Source: an uncultured bacterium (GTDB lineage: Bacteria; Chloroflexota; UBA5177; JANWHV01). Taken from it: a stretch of DNA of 64,000 bases. The notes under the pieces were generated by a model, which saw only the letters and a list, made by a program, of their open reading frames with translations, was not told the DNA's origin and searched no databases. Made by a program: the position numbers and the translations under genes. This document shows, piece by piece, positions 1 to 10,989 of this stretch (position 1 is the first letter of the stretch; every line of letters starts with the position of its first letter). Location of the stretch: assembly GCA_963729625.1 (NCBI GenBank), contig CAVSOU010000011.1, positions 160,001 to 224,000 on the forward strand. Direction: 5' to 3'.

Positions 1-2110
1 TCGCGGTATCGGGACACGTTACGGTCTTTGGCAGCGATCAGCCAGACCTTACCTTTGAGCTGAAGTTCCGAACTAGTGCGGGACAGATGCTCCAGAGCGG
101 CCACATGGGCATCCGCTTCGGCACACACCGACTCATCGCACTCCAGGTTGCCGTATGCCATTTTCATGAGTTCAACTGCGACCGCTACGTCAACGAGCAC
201 TGGTCACCCCCGTCGCCGAACACCTCCGCGATGCGCTATCACGCATCTTAAGGGCCTTAGCGCCGGAGTGCGGCCACGGCTGAAACCCGATAGAACCAGC
301 CGGCGACCCGGCCTTATGCTCACGACATCGGAGAACAGTATCTTGTTGGGAGAACAAGGAATCAACCTGTTTGAGGCGTCCTTCTGGATGAAGTACACTC
401 CGCCATCGGTACCCCTGGCCTCGAACGCCTCCCGCAGCGCCGCATCGAATGCGTGAATCCTCTGCATGATCAGGTAGACCTGTAGAGGCGCATAGAACCT
501 CGTCACCGCGATGTCGGCAGACGAGCGCGCCCCGTACATCCTTGAATGCTGTAGCACCGTGTCCTGCTGAAACCGATTCGGATTCCTTCCATAGTAGAAT
601 CCGATGAGGTTGTTGATGGTGATGCCGCGGTCAAGAATCTGGCCACCTATGAAATGGTGAGGCGGCGTGCGAATCTTACTGACCATCTTCAGCAAGCAGG
701 TGCTTACGTCCTTTCAGAGTTGACTCTCTGACTGAGCCGGAAACCGTCTCAAGCGATTCCACGTCCTGCATGCTATCCTCTAGCCAGGCGGCAGTATGCC
801 TTCCAATCGATGGACCGCCGAAGTCGTGTACGCGGCGCGGATCAGGTCGTTGAACCGCGGGCTATCAGCATTGGCCTGATCTACCAGCCCATCCCTAATC
901 GCGCTTGCGACCCGCTCCTGCCACTGATGTGAATCTCGGCTCTGCTCGGTATGGAAGAGAAAGCTATACTTCTGAGCTCGCTGGCCAGAGGCCCGTTGCT
1001 GCAAGCGGCGTATGGTGCCGCCAACAAGGAAGGTCACAATGGCATCGGTGAGAACCTCTGCATTCTTCGCCGACAACACTCGCTCGATCTGAAAGCGCCG
1101 CCGGTCTTCCTTCTTAAGGGCATCGCGCTCTGCAAGTGGGACCTCGCGATACATATAGAACGCGGGCGCATCGGGGTCGCCACTCTGCTCGAAGTATTCG
1201 TCGCCGCCGATGTACTTGTTGTGCGTTGGTAGGAGTACGGTAAACGCCGGGCGCTTCGGCTTGAAGAGTGAGTCTCCGTTGACAACGGTCTCATCGTCCG
1301 GCTGCAAGTACAGCGCGTAAGGTGTTGCGGTCACCTGCAGGTAGGCTGAGTCCGCCACCGAATCCCGAAGCTGGTCGATCTGCTTTGATATCACCCCTGG
1401 TGTGGCAACACCGTTCTCCTTGCGGAAAGTTACTGAGGCGAGGTCAGCCTCGTCGTCAATGATAAGTACAGCCTTGTCTCGCAGAGCCGGATATTTCGTG
1501 TTGAATAGCTGCAGGAGTCGCCGCAGGTTGTCGTCTTCCTTCTTCACAACGAAGATCAGTTTTCGCGTCAGTTCGTATGGGGTAAGGTCTGGCACGGTCA
1601 GAATGTCGTACACGTCGACCTGGTCCGTGGCAATGAACTCTCTAAAGTCCTCCTTAATGCGACTGAGCGTCTGTTCCGCAAGGGACTTGGTGCCCTTCGT
1701 AAGCAGCGATCGCAACATCGTTTCCTTGGTCAGGAAACGCCCGTGCTGCAAACCCCAGGAAGGCTCGAGTCTTGCCACTCTGAATACTGCCGAGAAGTAT
1801 GCCCGGGCGCATGGTCGATGTGGCCTGCTTCTGCAGCTGCTTTAAGACCTCTTGCACGTGTCCCGCAGCTCTGGCGAATCTCCGCGCTTGCTAGCGAGTT
1901 GGAGGTAGAAGAGTTCCACCTCCGGGGAATCCCCGGCAGGCCGTCGTGCCAGGCACAGCTTGATCTGATTCACGGCAAACACGGCCCGGATTTCAGGTAA
2001 GCCAGCGGGGCAGGAAAGTCAGAAAAGCGCTTGCGCCAGTTGACGACGGCCGAGGAACTCACGCCGGCAAGGTCGGCCACCTCGTAGATTCCGATGAGCG
2101 CTTCGGTCAT
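1..2110 (-). pseudogene. N-terminal HTH fused to SF2-helicase-like/Z1-domain protein; several frameshifts, runs off the window start
   Basis: Fragments in successive frames: HTH (IGIYEVADLAGVSSSAVVNWRKR), Walker A-like GSIQSGKT, IIDDEAD, VTATPYA, Z1-type GGQILDRGITINNL...DTVLQHSRMYG; open frame continues to base 1. Confidence 0.75.
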
Positions 2111-2124
2111 TACCCCCTCGATTC

Positions 2125-2208
2125 CCTGAATGTAGTTCACACTCAGCAGTTTATTACGTTCACAAGCAGTTGTCAACGTTGTTCACGACACTCCTGAATG
2201 TAGTTCAC
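2125..2208 (-). promoter_or_regulatory. Sigma70-type promoter TTGACA-17-TAAACT overlaid by four GTGAAC repeats
   Basis: tgtcaa 2171-2176 and agttta 2148-2153 with 17-bp spacer; gttcac at 2135, 2158, 2181, 2203; cctgaatgtagttcac at 2125 and 2193. Confidence 0.75.
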
Positions 2209-2514
2209 GAACATCGCAGGGTTCTCTAGTAGGGTAGAGAACAGGATTGGGCCCGCCTGAGACGTGGAATCCACGGCAAGGGCACGAGTACGACGTTCTG
2301 CGCGGGATGACTAGCCGAGGCCCGGCCACGCGACATCTCGCATCGGCCGACGATGAGCGCAAGCCGGCTGCGGCATGGCTGGGCTCGAGGGTTCCTGATC
2401 AGTGTGAATCGCCTGGGCGGCGGATCGGGGCAGTGCCCCTGCGCGACTCAAGTCGCGGTATGCTTGCCTCAGCAGAGACTAGCTGCTGAGGATCGTTGTC
2501 GAGGCGAGGTGAAA

Positions 2515-2696
2515 TGATGCCGAGAAATCCGTTGTTCTCCACCTATCGGCAGGGCGAGAATCGCGTCACCGCCTCCATGCTCGCCGTCTTCGAGCGACTA
2601 GACTTTTCGTTGCTCGAACGACTCCTGCATGCCGTCCAGGCGAAGCCTCACTGCCATTTGTGTAGTTCACCAATCAGGTCGCTGCGAAATGCCTAG
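2515..2696 (+). pseudogene. N-terminal remnant of a hypothetical gene
   Basis: RBS gaggtg then MMPRNPLFSTYRQGENRVTASMLAVFERL, followed by frameshift and stop. Confidence 0.4.
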
Positions 2697-2718
2697 CCTG
2701 GAGGGGAAGCACACGGAT

Positions 2719-5697
2719 ATGACCCAGGTTGTGATCGAGAATCCGATTATTAACTCGCCATATGACGAGCCGTCTCGCCATTTCAGGTTTTCCGACGAGG
2801 GGATCACAAATGAGATAGCTGCCGGCCGGCGCACCAGCTCGTATTTCATCCCCATCGCCAGGCCGAAGAAGAAGAACAAGCTTCAGCCTGTCCTCGACAC
2901 GGAGTGGGTGCAGGATCGTATCGAAGAGAACAAGGAGATCAACCAGATACGCGACCGCGTCGCGCAATGGCGCCGCGGCGGTTACCTCGGCGTCACGCCG
3001 GTTACGGCTCGCCTGATCGCCTACTGGATCGATCCGGGCCGCGATAGGAAGCTCTTCTTCTGCCAAAATGAGGCGCTCGAGACCGCGATCTACATCACCG
3101 AAGTGGCCAAGAGGTACGGAGACGCTTGGATCGAGAATGAGCTCCGCGCGGCGAACGATACCTCCAACCCCGGGCTGCCGCGTATCGCCTTCAAGATGGC
3201 GACTGGATCAGGCAAGACGGTCGTCATGGCCATGCTTATCGCCTGGCAAACACTCAACAAGCAGGCGAGCTCGCAGGATGCCCGGTTCTCCGATACTTTC
3301 CTGATCGTCACGCCCGGAATCACCATCCGGGATCGGCTGCGGGTCCTACTGCCGAACGATCCTCAGAACTATTACCGCCAACGCGACATCGTTCCGGCAC
3401 AGCTTCAAGAGCAGCTCGGGCAGGCCAAGATTCTGATCACCAACTACCATGCTTTCCAGCTGCGCGAGACGGTTGAGGCCGGCAAGATCACAAAGTCGAT
3501 ACTCGCCAAAGGCCGGCCGAGCCCGTTTGTCGAAACGCCCGACCAGATGGTGCGCCGCGCCTGTCGGGAACTCGGCACCAAGAAGCAGATCATTGTCATC
3601 AATGACGAGGCCCATCACTGCTACCGCCGCAAACCCGATGGTGAGGACGAAGCACTAACCGGCGACGATCGTGTCGAAGCCAAGACGCGTGAAGAAGAGG
3701 CGCGTATCTGGATTTCCGGCATCGAGGCCGTGAAAGAGAAGATCGGCGTGAAAGCCATTTACGACCTTTCGGCCACGCCGTTCTTCTTGCGAGGCTCGGG
3801 CTACCCCGAAGGCACGTTGTTCCCTTGGGTCGTCTCTGACTTCTCTCTGATCGACGCCATCGAGGCCGGAATCGTCAAAGTGCCACGGGTGCCAGTGGCG
3901 GACGATTCGATGACTGGCGAGCAACCCACCTACCGCGACCTCTGGCTCCGCATTCGCGATCATCTGCCCAAGAAAGGACGAAAAACCGACGAGGTGGGAG
4001 GCGAGCCAAATCTGCCGGTTGAACTGCAGGGTGCGCTGCTCAGTCTCTATGGCAACTACGAGAAGTACTACCGCCTGTGGGAGCAGAATGCCCAGGCTCA
4101 TGCCCGCGGTATCACGCCGCCGGTCTTCATCGTCGTCTGTAACAACACCAACGTCTCCAAACTCGTGTTTGACTATATTGCTGGCTGGGAGAAGCGGATT
4201 GGCGACCAGACCATCGTCCAGGCCGGCCAACTAGCCATATTCCGCAACGACGACGGCAACGGCGCCTGGTTGCAACGCCCGAATACCGTCCTGGTGGACA
4301 GCCAGCAGCTCGAATCCGGTGGCTCAATGAGCGACGACTTCAAGAAGGTCGCCGCCCGCGAGATCGATGAGTTCAAAGCTGACTATCGCGCCCGCTTTCC
4401 TGGCCGCGATGCCGAGAGCCTTACCGACGAGGATCTGCTCCGCGAAGTGATGAATACCGTCGGCAAGGCCGGTAAACTCGGCGAGCATGTCAAGTGCGTG
4501 GTCAGTGTCTCAATGCTTACTGAGGGCTGGGACGCCAACACCGTCACGCACGTGCTCGGCGTCCGCGCATTTGGCACGCAGTTGCTGTGCGAGCAAGTAG
4601 TCGGCCGCGGCCTGCGTCGTATGAGCTACGCGGCAAATGAAATGGGGCATTTCGACCCCGAGTACGCGGAAGTCTACGGCGTACCGTTCTCCTTCATCCC
4701 CTGCAGCGGCGCCACGGTCGAACCGAAACTCGGCCCGCTGCCCACCCGAGTGCGCGCCCTCGAGAGCCGCATCGCCAGCGAGATAACCTTTCCTCGGCTG
4801 CTTGGCTACCGCTACGACGTGGCCGGCGAGCGACTGGCCGCGACGTTCACCGATGAATCCAGGCTTGCGCTCTCGACTGCCGACATCCCGACCAAGACTG
4901 AGAACGCACCGATCGTGGGTGAATCAAGCATCCACACCCTCGACGATCTCAAGCACCGCCGGCTCAACGAGGTCGCCTTCCTGCTTGCCAAGCTCACGTT
5001 GGAGAAGTACTTTCGCGATGACGACGGTAACGACAAGCCCTGGCTGTTCCCCCAACTACTCTACATCGCGAAACGGTGGCTTGCTGAGTGCGTCACGCTC
5101 AAGGACAACACGTTCCCCCAGCTACTGCTGCTGATTGGGTTCGCGCATGACGCCGTCGATCGCATATACAAGGCCATCGTCGCCTCAACTGACGGCACCT
5201 CCGCTCTCAAGCCGATCTTGCGACCGTACGACACCGTCGGCTCGACCCGCTATGTCGACTTCGACACTACGCGGCCGGTATTTTCCACACGCGCGGACAA
5301 GTGCCACATCTCCCATGTGGTGGCCGATACGGACTCCTGGGAGCAGAAGATGGCGCAAGCCATCGAGGACCCGCCCGAGGTAACGCGCTATGTCAAGAAT
5401 CACAACCTCGGTTTCACTATCCCGTACACCTTGAATGGTGAGGAGAAGAACTACATTCCGGACTTCATCGTTTGCGTCGAAGACGGCCACGGCCCGAACG
5501 ATCTCCTGAACCTGATCATCGAAGTGACCGGCGAGAAGAAGAAGGACAAGGCTGCAAAGGTCGCCACCGCGAGGACGCTGTGGGTACCGGCGATAAACAA
5601 CCACGGCGGCTTCGGGCGCTGGGCTTTCCTGGAAGTGGCAGATCCGTGGGACGCGCAGAGTCTCATCCGCGGTTTTCTGAAGGGGAGAGCAGCATGA
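2719..5697 (+). CDS. res: Type III restriction enzyme Res subunit (DEAD-box helicase/endonuclease, BPTD_3080-like)
   Basis: MATGSGKT, NDEAHH, LSATP, MLTEGWD, EQVVGRGLR, C-terminal YIPDF...IIEVTG nuclease motif. Confidence 0.93.
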   Translation: MTQVVIENPIINSPYDEPSRHFRFSDEGITNEIAAGRRTSSYFIPIARPKKKNKLQPVLDTEWVQDRIEENKEINQIRDRVAQWRRGGYLGVTPVTARLIAYWIDPGRDRKLFFCQNEALETAIYITEVAKRYGDAWIENELRAANDTSNPGLPRIAFKMATGSGKTVVMAMLIAWQTLNKQASSQDARFSDTFLIVTPGITIRDRLRVLLPNDPQNYYRQRDIVPAQLQEQLGQAKILITNYHAFQLRETVEAGKITKSILAKGRPSPFVETPDQMVRRACRELGTKKQIIVINDEAHHCYRRKPDGEDEALTGDDRVEAKTREEEARIWISGIEAVKEKIGVKAIYDLSATPFFLRGSGYPEGTLFPWVVSDFSLIDAIEAGIVKVPRVPVADDSMTGEQPTYRDLWLRIRDHLPKKGRKTDEVGGEPNLPVELQGALLSLYGNYEKYYRLWEQNAQAHARGITPPVFIVVCNNTNVSKLVFDYIAGWEKRIGDQTIVQAGQLAIFRNDDGNGAWLQRPNTVLVDSQQLESGGSMSDDFKKVAAREIDEFKADYRARFPGRDAESLTDEDLLREVMNTVGKAGKLGEHVKCVVSVSMLTEGWDANTVTHVLGVRAFGTQLLCEQVVGRGLRRMSYAANEMGHFDPEYAEVYGVPFSFIPCSGATVEPKLGPLPTRVRALESRIASEITFPRLLGYRYDVAGERLAATFTDESRLALSTADIPTKTENAPIVGESSIHTLDDLKHRRLNEVAFLLAKLTLEKYFRDDDGNDKPWLFPQLLYIAKRWLAECVTLKDNTFPQLLLLIGFAHDAVDRIYKAIVASTDGTSALKPILRPYDTVGSTRYVDFDTTRPVFSTRADKCHISHVVADTDSWEQKMAQAIEDPPEVTRYVKNHNLGFTIPYTLNGEEKNYIPDFIVCVEDGHGPNDLLNLIIEVTGEKKKDKAAKVATARTLWVPAINNHGGFGRWAFLEVADPWDAQSLIRGFLKGRAA

Positions 5698-6551
5698 GCG
5701 AGGAGCAGCCTGCCGAAGGACACGGCAAGATGATTGTCTTTGGCGCCAAGGAGATCCGCCGAATCTGGCACGATGACGAGTGGTTCTTCTCGGTCGTGGA
5801 CATCGTCGGTGCGCTCACCGACAGCGAGAATCCGCGCAACTACTGGAACATGATGAAGGCTCGAGAGCAACGGCAGAGCGAAGTTCAGTTGTCCACGCTT
5901 TGTGTACAACTGAAGGTGCCCTCCTCTGACGGCAAGAGCTACAAGACCGACTGCGTGAACACTGAAGCCGCTTTCCGCATCATCCAGTCCATCCCCAGCC
6001 CGAGGGCGGAGCCCTTCAAGCGCTGGCTGGCAGAGGTCGGATATGAACGCGTTCAGGAGATCGAGAACCCCGAGCTTGCGCAGCAGCGGATGCGAAGCCT
6101 TTACCAGCAGAAGGGCTATCCAGACGATTGGATTGAGAAGCGCGTGCGCGGCATCGCCGTGCGTGACGAGCTGACGGGCGAATGGCAGAAACGCGGCATC
6201 GCCGACCAACGAGATTTCTCGATCCTCACTGCTGAGATCGCCAAAGCTACCTTTGGTCTGACTCCCTCCCAATACAAAGAGCTCAAGGGTTTGAAGCGCG
6301 AGAACCTGCGCGACCACATGACCGACCTCGAGCTAATCTTCACCATGCTGGGCGAGGCAGCCACTACGGAGATCGCGCGCACGACGGACGCCCAGGGCTT
6401 TGTCCCCAACAAACGCGCCGCCCGCGAGGGCGGTGCGGTCGCGGGTACTGCCCGCCGCCAGCTTGAATCCAAATCGGGCCGGAAGGTTACTACCAGCGGC
6501 AACTACTTGAGCGACAAGCCCGCGCCCAGCCTGCCGCCCAGATCGGAGTAA
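5694..6551 (+). CDS. Bro-N domain protein
   Basis: EIRRIWHDDEWFFSVVDIVGALTDS, IIQSIPSPRAEPFKRWLA, NLRDHMTDLELIF; ATGA overlap with res. Confidence 0.85.
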   Translation: MSEEQPAEGHGKMIVFGAKEIRRIWHDDEWFFSVVDIVGALTDSENPRNYWNMMKAREQRQSEVQLSTLCVQLKVPSSDGKSYKTDCVNTEAAFRIIQSIPSPRAEPFKRWLAEVGYERVQEIENPELAQQRMRSLYQQKGYPDDWIEKRVRGIAVRDELTGEWQKRGIADQRDFSILTAEIAKATFGLTPSQYKELKGLKRENLRDHMTDLELIFTMLGEAATTEIARTTDAQGFVPNKRAAREGGAVAGTARRQLESKSGRKVTTSGNYLSDKPAPSLPPRSE

Positions 6552-6559
6552 TTGCGATC

Positions 6560-9217
6560 ATGGAACGTGTGAAGCCCGCCAAGAGCGTCAAGCCGGCGCA
6601 GGTCGACTCCATTCGCCACAAGGACCGGAGGTCCAATATACCCACGGAGGAGCTGCGCGACTTCGTCGCGGATGATGAGTCAGCGCCGAGTACGATGCTA
6701 TACCCGCGCGATCCCTCGCTCGATCCGCAACTGGTCTGGAAGGGCAAGGACGAACAGGACCGCGAGGATCTCGCGGTACCAGTGGTGCCGATCTATATCC
6801 AGGAGAAGATCCACCCACAGGCGATTATCGACGACCTTTTGGCCCACGCCAGACGCCCGGCAGATGGCCGCTTGGCCGAGGAGGCAGCCGCCTATCAGCT
6901 CGAGCTATTCGAGGACTTCAACGGCGGGCCTCACGACTTCGAGCAGAAGGTCGAGTTCTATTACCACGATCAGAACTGGACCAACCGCATGGTCCTGGGC
7001 GACTCCCTGCTGGTTATGACCTCCCTGGCTGAGAAAGAGGGGCTGAAAGGGAAGGTCCAGACTGTCTACCTCGACCCTCCATACGGCATCTAGTTCGGCT
7101 CCGACTGGCAGGTCAGCACGCGCAAGCGCGATGTGAAAGACGGCAAGGCCGAGGACGCCACGCGCCAGCCAGAGCAGGTACGCGCGTTTCGCGACACCTG
7201 GAAGCTCGGAATACACTCCTACCTAGCGTACTTACGCGACCGTCTGCTGGTCGCTCGTAGCCTATTGACTGAAACGGGCAGCATCTTCGTACAGATTGGC
7301 GATGAGAACGTCCATCTTGTGCGAAACGTGTTGGACGAAGTATTTGGACGGAGCAATTTCTCCGGACAGATCTCTTTCACAAAGACAAGTGGAAGTACAG
7401 CAAGCACGATTCCCTCTGTCTCAGACTACCTGCTATGGTATGCCAAGAACGCTGAGGACGTTAAGTATAGAAAGCTATTCGTTTCAACAGCACCGGGAAG
7501 CGCCGGAGCGGTTGAGTACAAGAGGGTAGAGCTAGCTGACGGCACTAACGCACCAATAAGCCAGTTCATCTCGGATAAACAGCTGGTTCTACCCGCTGAT
7601 GCTAGGATATTCGCAACGGATAGCATAGTTTCTGCAGGTGGTGACGATCCGGATATTGATCTCGAGTGGAATGGAACGAGCTTTCGTCTGTCGTGTAAAC
7701 CAAACCGTCATTGGAAACCTGGGGTAGACGGGATCAAGAGGCTGTGGTCAGTGGGACGGCTTCTTCGTCAGCAAGGACTTCGAATCTACAAGCGGTATTT
7801 TGACGACTTTCCATATCGAGAATTAGTGAAGAATTGGACCGACACCCGTGGCGAGGACGACTCGGTCTACGTCGTACAGACCAATACAAAGGTAATTGAG
7901 CGCTGCCTGTTAATGACCACCGACCCTGGAGATCTGATACTCGACCCAACTTGCGGTAGTGGCACGTCTGCTTTCGTTGCTGAGCAATGGGGGCGCCGCT
8001 GGATCACGTGTGATACCAGCCGAGTTGCATTGGCCCTGGCCCGCACGCGCCTGATGGCTGCTAAGTACCCGTACTACCTTCTCGCCGATTCATCCGAGGG
8101 CAATAGGAAGGAAGCAGAACTTACGGGCAAGCTGGCGCCGGATTACCTGATAGAAGGCGACGTTAGCAAGGGCTTCGTCTACAAACGGGTGCCGCACGTT
8201 ATGCTCAAGTCGATCGCAAATAGCCCGGACATCGTGGAGGGGATGACACGGGAGCAACTTGATGCAGCGATCGCGCGCCACGCCGACAGTGAGACGCTGT
8301 TCGACCAGCCCTACGAGGACAACAAGCGAGTCCGTGTGTGCGGACCCTTCTCGGTCGAAAGCCTGTCGCCACATCGCGTGCTGTCCATCGCCGAAGATAG
8401 CGTTAGCGGAACGGTCAGCGAGCAGGAGGGCCAGCAGCAGCAAGACTTTGCCGTAATGATCCTCGAGAACCTCAAGAAGGCGGGCGTGCAGAACACGCGC
8501 AAGGCAGAGCGGCTCACATTTGACCGTCTGGATCCCTATGCAGGAGCGTGGTTGAACGCAGCCGGTGAATACACGGGCGCCGATGGCAAGACACGGCGTG
8601 TGGCCGTTTCCATCGGTCCTGAACATGGCACCGTCGGGCCGGATCAGGTGAAGGAAGCGGCCAAGGAGGCCGTGCAGGGTATCGGCTTCGACGTGCTTGT
8701 TGTCTGCGGCTTCGCCTTTGATCCCCACGTCGGCGAAGAGGCAAAACGCTACGGCAAGCTGACCGTGTTGCCCACCAAGATGAATCCCGATCTGGCCATG
8801 GGCAATGAGCTGCTCAAGAAGACGGGCGCCGGCAATCTGTTCATGGTGTTCGGCGAGCCAGATGTGGAAATCACGAGACGAGCGGACGACCAGATCGTCG
8901 TCGAGATCAAGGGTGTCGACGTCTACGATCCAACCACGGGGCAGATACGCAGCGCGTCGACCGACGATATCGCCTGCTGGTTCATCGATACCGACTACAA
9001 CGGCGAGAGTTTCTTCGTTCGTCATGCCTACTTCACCGGGGCGGATGAGCCATACGAGAAGCTGAAACGAGCGCTACGGGTAGAGATCGACGAAGGCGCC
9101 TGGAGCAGCCTCTACAGCACGGTAAGCCGTACCTTCGAAAGACCGAAGTTGGGCGAGATCGCGGTGAAGGTCATCAATCACTACGGCGACGAAGTGCTGA
9201 AGGTCTTTGCAGTCTGA
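6560..9217 (+). pseudogene. mod: Type III site-specific adenine DNA methyltransferase (Mod) with in-frame TAG at 7091-7093
   Basis: ORFs 6560-7093 and 7133-9217 share a frame; DPPYGI*FGSDWQ, DPTCGSGT motif I, C-terminal AVKVINHYGDEVLKV. Confidence 0.9.
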
Positions 9218-9219
9218 CG

Positions 9220-9384
9220 GTGTCTGCGGATGAAGCCCGCTGGCAGACTACCGGGATGATTGGTGGCCTTGTGGTCGTCGTCCTGCATACCTGGCCGGAT
9301 GACGAGGATGAACCGGGGCGGATTATCAGCGCTCGACAAGCAACACGGCGCGAGCGAAAGGAGTACGAACATGGCACAGTATGA
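9220..9384 (+). pseudogene. brnT: BrnT toxin, C-terminal half only
   Basis: Hand translation ..EARWQTTGMIGGLVVVVLHTW...RIISARQATRRERKEYE; N-terminal half missing. Confidence 0.75.
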
Positions 9385-9655
9385 AGACCTGACCCCTGCC
9401 CAGCGCGCGGAGATCGACGTCTTGGCAGCGCGGGCCGACGAGGAAATCGACCTCTCCGATATTCCCGAGATTACCGACTGGAGCGATGCGAAGCGCGGAC
9501 TGTTCTACCGGCCGATCAAGCAGCAGTTAACCTTGCGGCTGGATGCAGACGTTGTGGCTTGGTTCAAGGCGCACGCCTCGAAGGATGCAGGATACCAGAC
9601 GACGATCAACCGCGTGCTGCGCGCGTACGTCACGGAGCACGCACGCTCTGCCTGA
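9371..9655 (+). CDS. brnA: BrnA family antitoxin
   Basis: IDLSDIPE...RPIKQQLTLRLDADVVAWFK...GYQTTINRVLRAYV. Confidence 0.88.
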   Translation: MAQYEDLTPAQRAEIDVLAARADEEIDLSDIPEITDWSDAKRGLFYRPIKQQLTLRLDADVVAWFKAHASKDAGYQTTINRVLRAYVTEHARSA

Positions 9656-9919
9656 TATGTAACTCGTCTAGATCCCGGCCTCGCGCCGCAAAGCGCGCGG
9701 TCGATTCCGTCCCGAAGCCATTCCTGATCAAGCGCATCGTGCGGATAGCGCTCGTCGAGGCCGATCGCGTCTGCGTGCGCTTCGCGCATCTTACTCGTGT
9801 TACACATCGTTTACGAATTGATGACGTTGCGACAATGTGTGCGCTCTACATTGTGTTCATGGGCACAAGACCGCCGTTCGGCAGCCTTGCCCGACAAGTA
9901 GCCTGTACAGGAGAAAGTC

Positions 9920-10633
9920 ATGATCGAACACCGCTCCGTCTCGCGTATGCTCTTCACGGCCGCTCTGGGCGGCCTGGTTCTTGCCGGCACGCTCGTGCCT
10001 GCCGCCGGTCACGCCGCGGCCCTGACCGTTCGACCTCAGTCCTTCACCGTCGTGTCCGTACCGAGCGCCACGCCCAATACGCTGATTGTGCAGCGCAGCG
10101 TCACGGGTCCCGAAATCACCGTCACGCTCAGTCCCGCGGCCACCATCGTCCGCCGGTTTGATGGCAAGTCCAATCTCGGCGAGTTCAGCAGCGGCGACCA
10201 CGTCCTTATCACGCGGGTGGCGCCACCCGTGGCCACCGGCGCCGCGACAACCGCGCCTGCGGCAGCCATCACGGCCAGTGCCGTGAAGGATGACAGTATT
10301 CAGGTCGGTTACACCCAGATCAACGGCCGGGTCGTCTTCCTCAATCAGGCGCTCAACCAACTGGTGCTGATCGTCACGGCCGACGAAGGTAAGCTGTCTG
10401 CCATTCCCGTCGGGGACCGCGCGTTCGTCGATGTGACCCCCACCACCCCGGTCAGTCTGGTGGGCAAGCCGGCTGCTACCATGGCCGACGTGCGGCCGGG
10501 CATGGTCCTCACCATGTGGGGTCTGACGCAGAATGAAGCCCATGTGCTGTTCGCCCCGCACGACATCACCCAGCTGCTGGGCAACGCGGCCTCCCTCACG
10601 AAGGTGGCGCCGAACGATAGCACACCAAGGTAA
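9920..10633 (+). CDS. Secreted hypothetical protein with two beta-rich repeats
   Basis: RBS aggag, signal peptide ending AGHAA, repeated VT..TPTT.I/V....G....D..PG..V pattern. Confidence 0.7.
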   Translation: MIEHRSVSRMLFTAALGGLVLAGTLVPAAGHAAALTVRPQSFTVVSVPSATPNTLIVQRSVTGPEITVTLSPAATIVRRFDGKSNLGEFSSGDHVLITRVAPPVATGAATTAPAAAITASAVKDDSIQVGYTQINGRVVFLNQALNQLVLIVTADEGKLSAIPVGDRAFVDVTPTTPVSLVGKPAATMADVRPGMVLTMWGLTQNEAHVLFAPHDITQLLGNAASLTKVAPNDSTPR

Positions 10634-10658
10634 CTTACCGAACGCACGCGCATGCGCC

Positions 10659-10694
10659 GAGGACCCTGCCACACGATTCGGAGGCAGGGTCCTC
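10659..10694 (+). terminator. 12-bp hairpin after secreted-protein gene
   Basis: gaggaccctgcc / ggcagggtcctc; no U-tract. Confidence 0.5.
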
Positions 10695-10989
10695 ACGTGT
10701 GCCGGGTCCGGCGCCCGTGTGCTGTATCGGAATCCGCCGTCCGTGCGCGCTGCGTGTGCTTGCGCAATGTCGGCGAGCCCAACATGCCGGGCGCGGTAAC
10801 CGGCACAGACGGACATCCCTGGGCTCCGGCCGTGCGCTTGGCCAGAGACTCCAGAGCACCAGGGCGAGCAGAGCTACCGGCGCCCGGGGCCGGAAAGGCG
10901 GCGATGTCGGGCCACGTATCAGCCCGTCACGACCGGGCGTCGAGGGGCAGACGCCGGTGTTCGGACGTGCTTGCCGGCAGCATCTGGGC

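Noticed and set aside
2126-2208. LexA boxes in the Z1 promoter
   Set aside because: GAAT-N3-GTTC spacing does not fit GAAC-N4-GTTC; phased direct repeats fit better
9505-9807. Minus-strand 100-aa ORF
   Set aside because: Overlaps brnA antisense and has no recognisable motif
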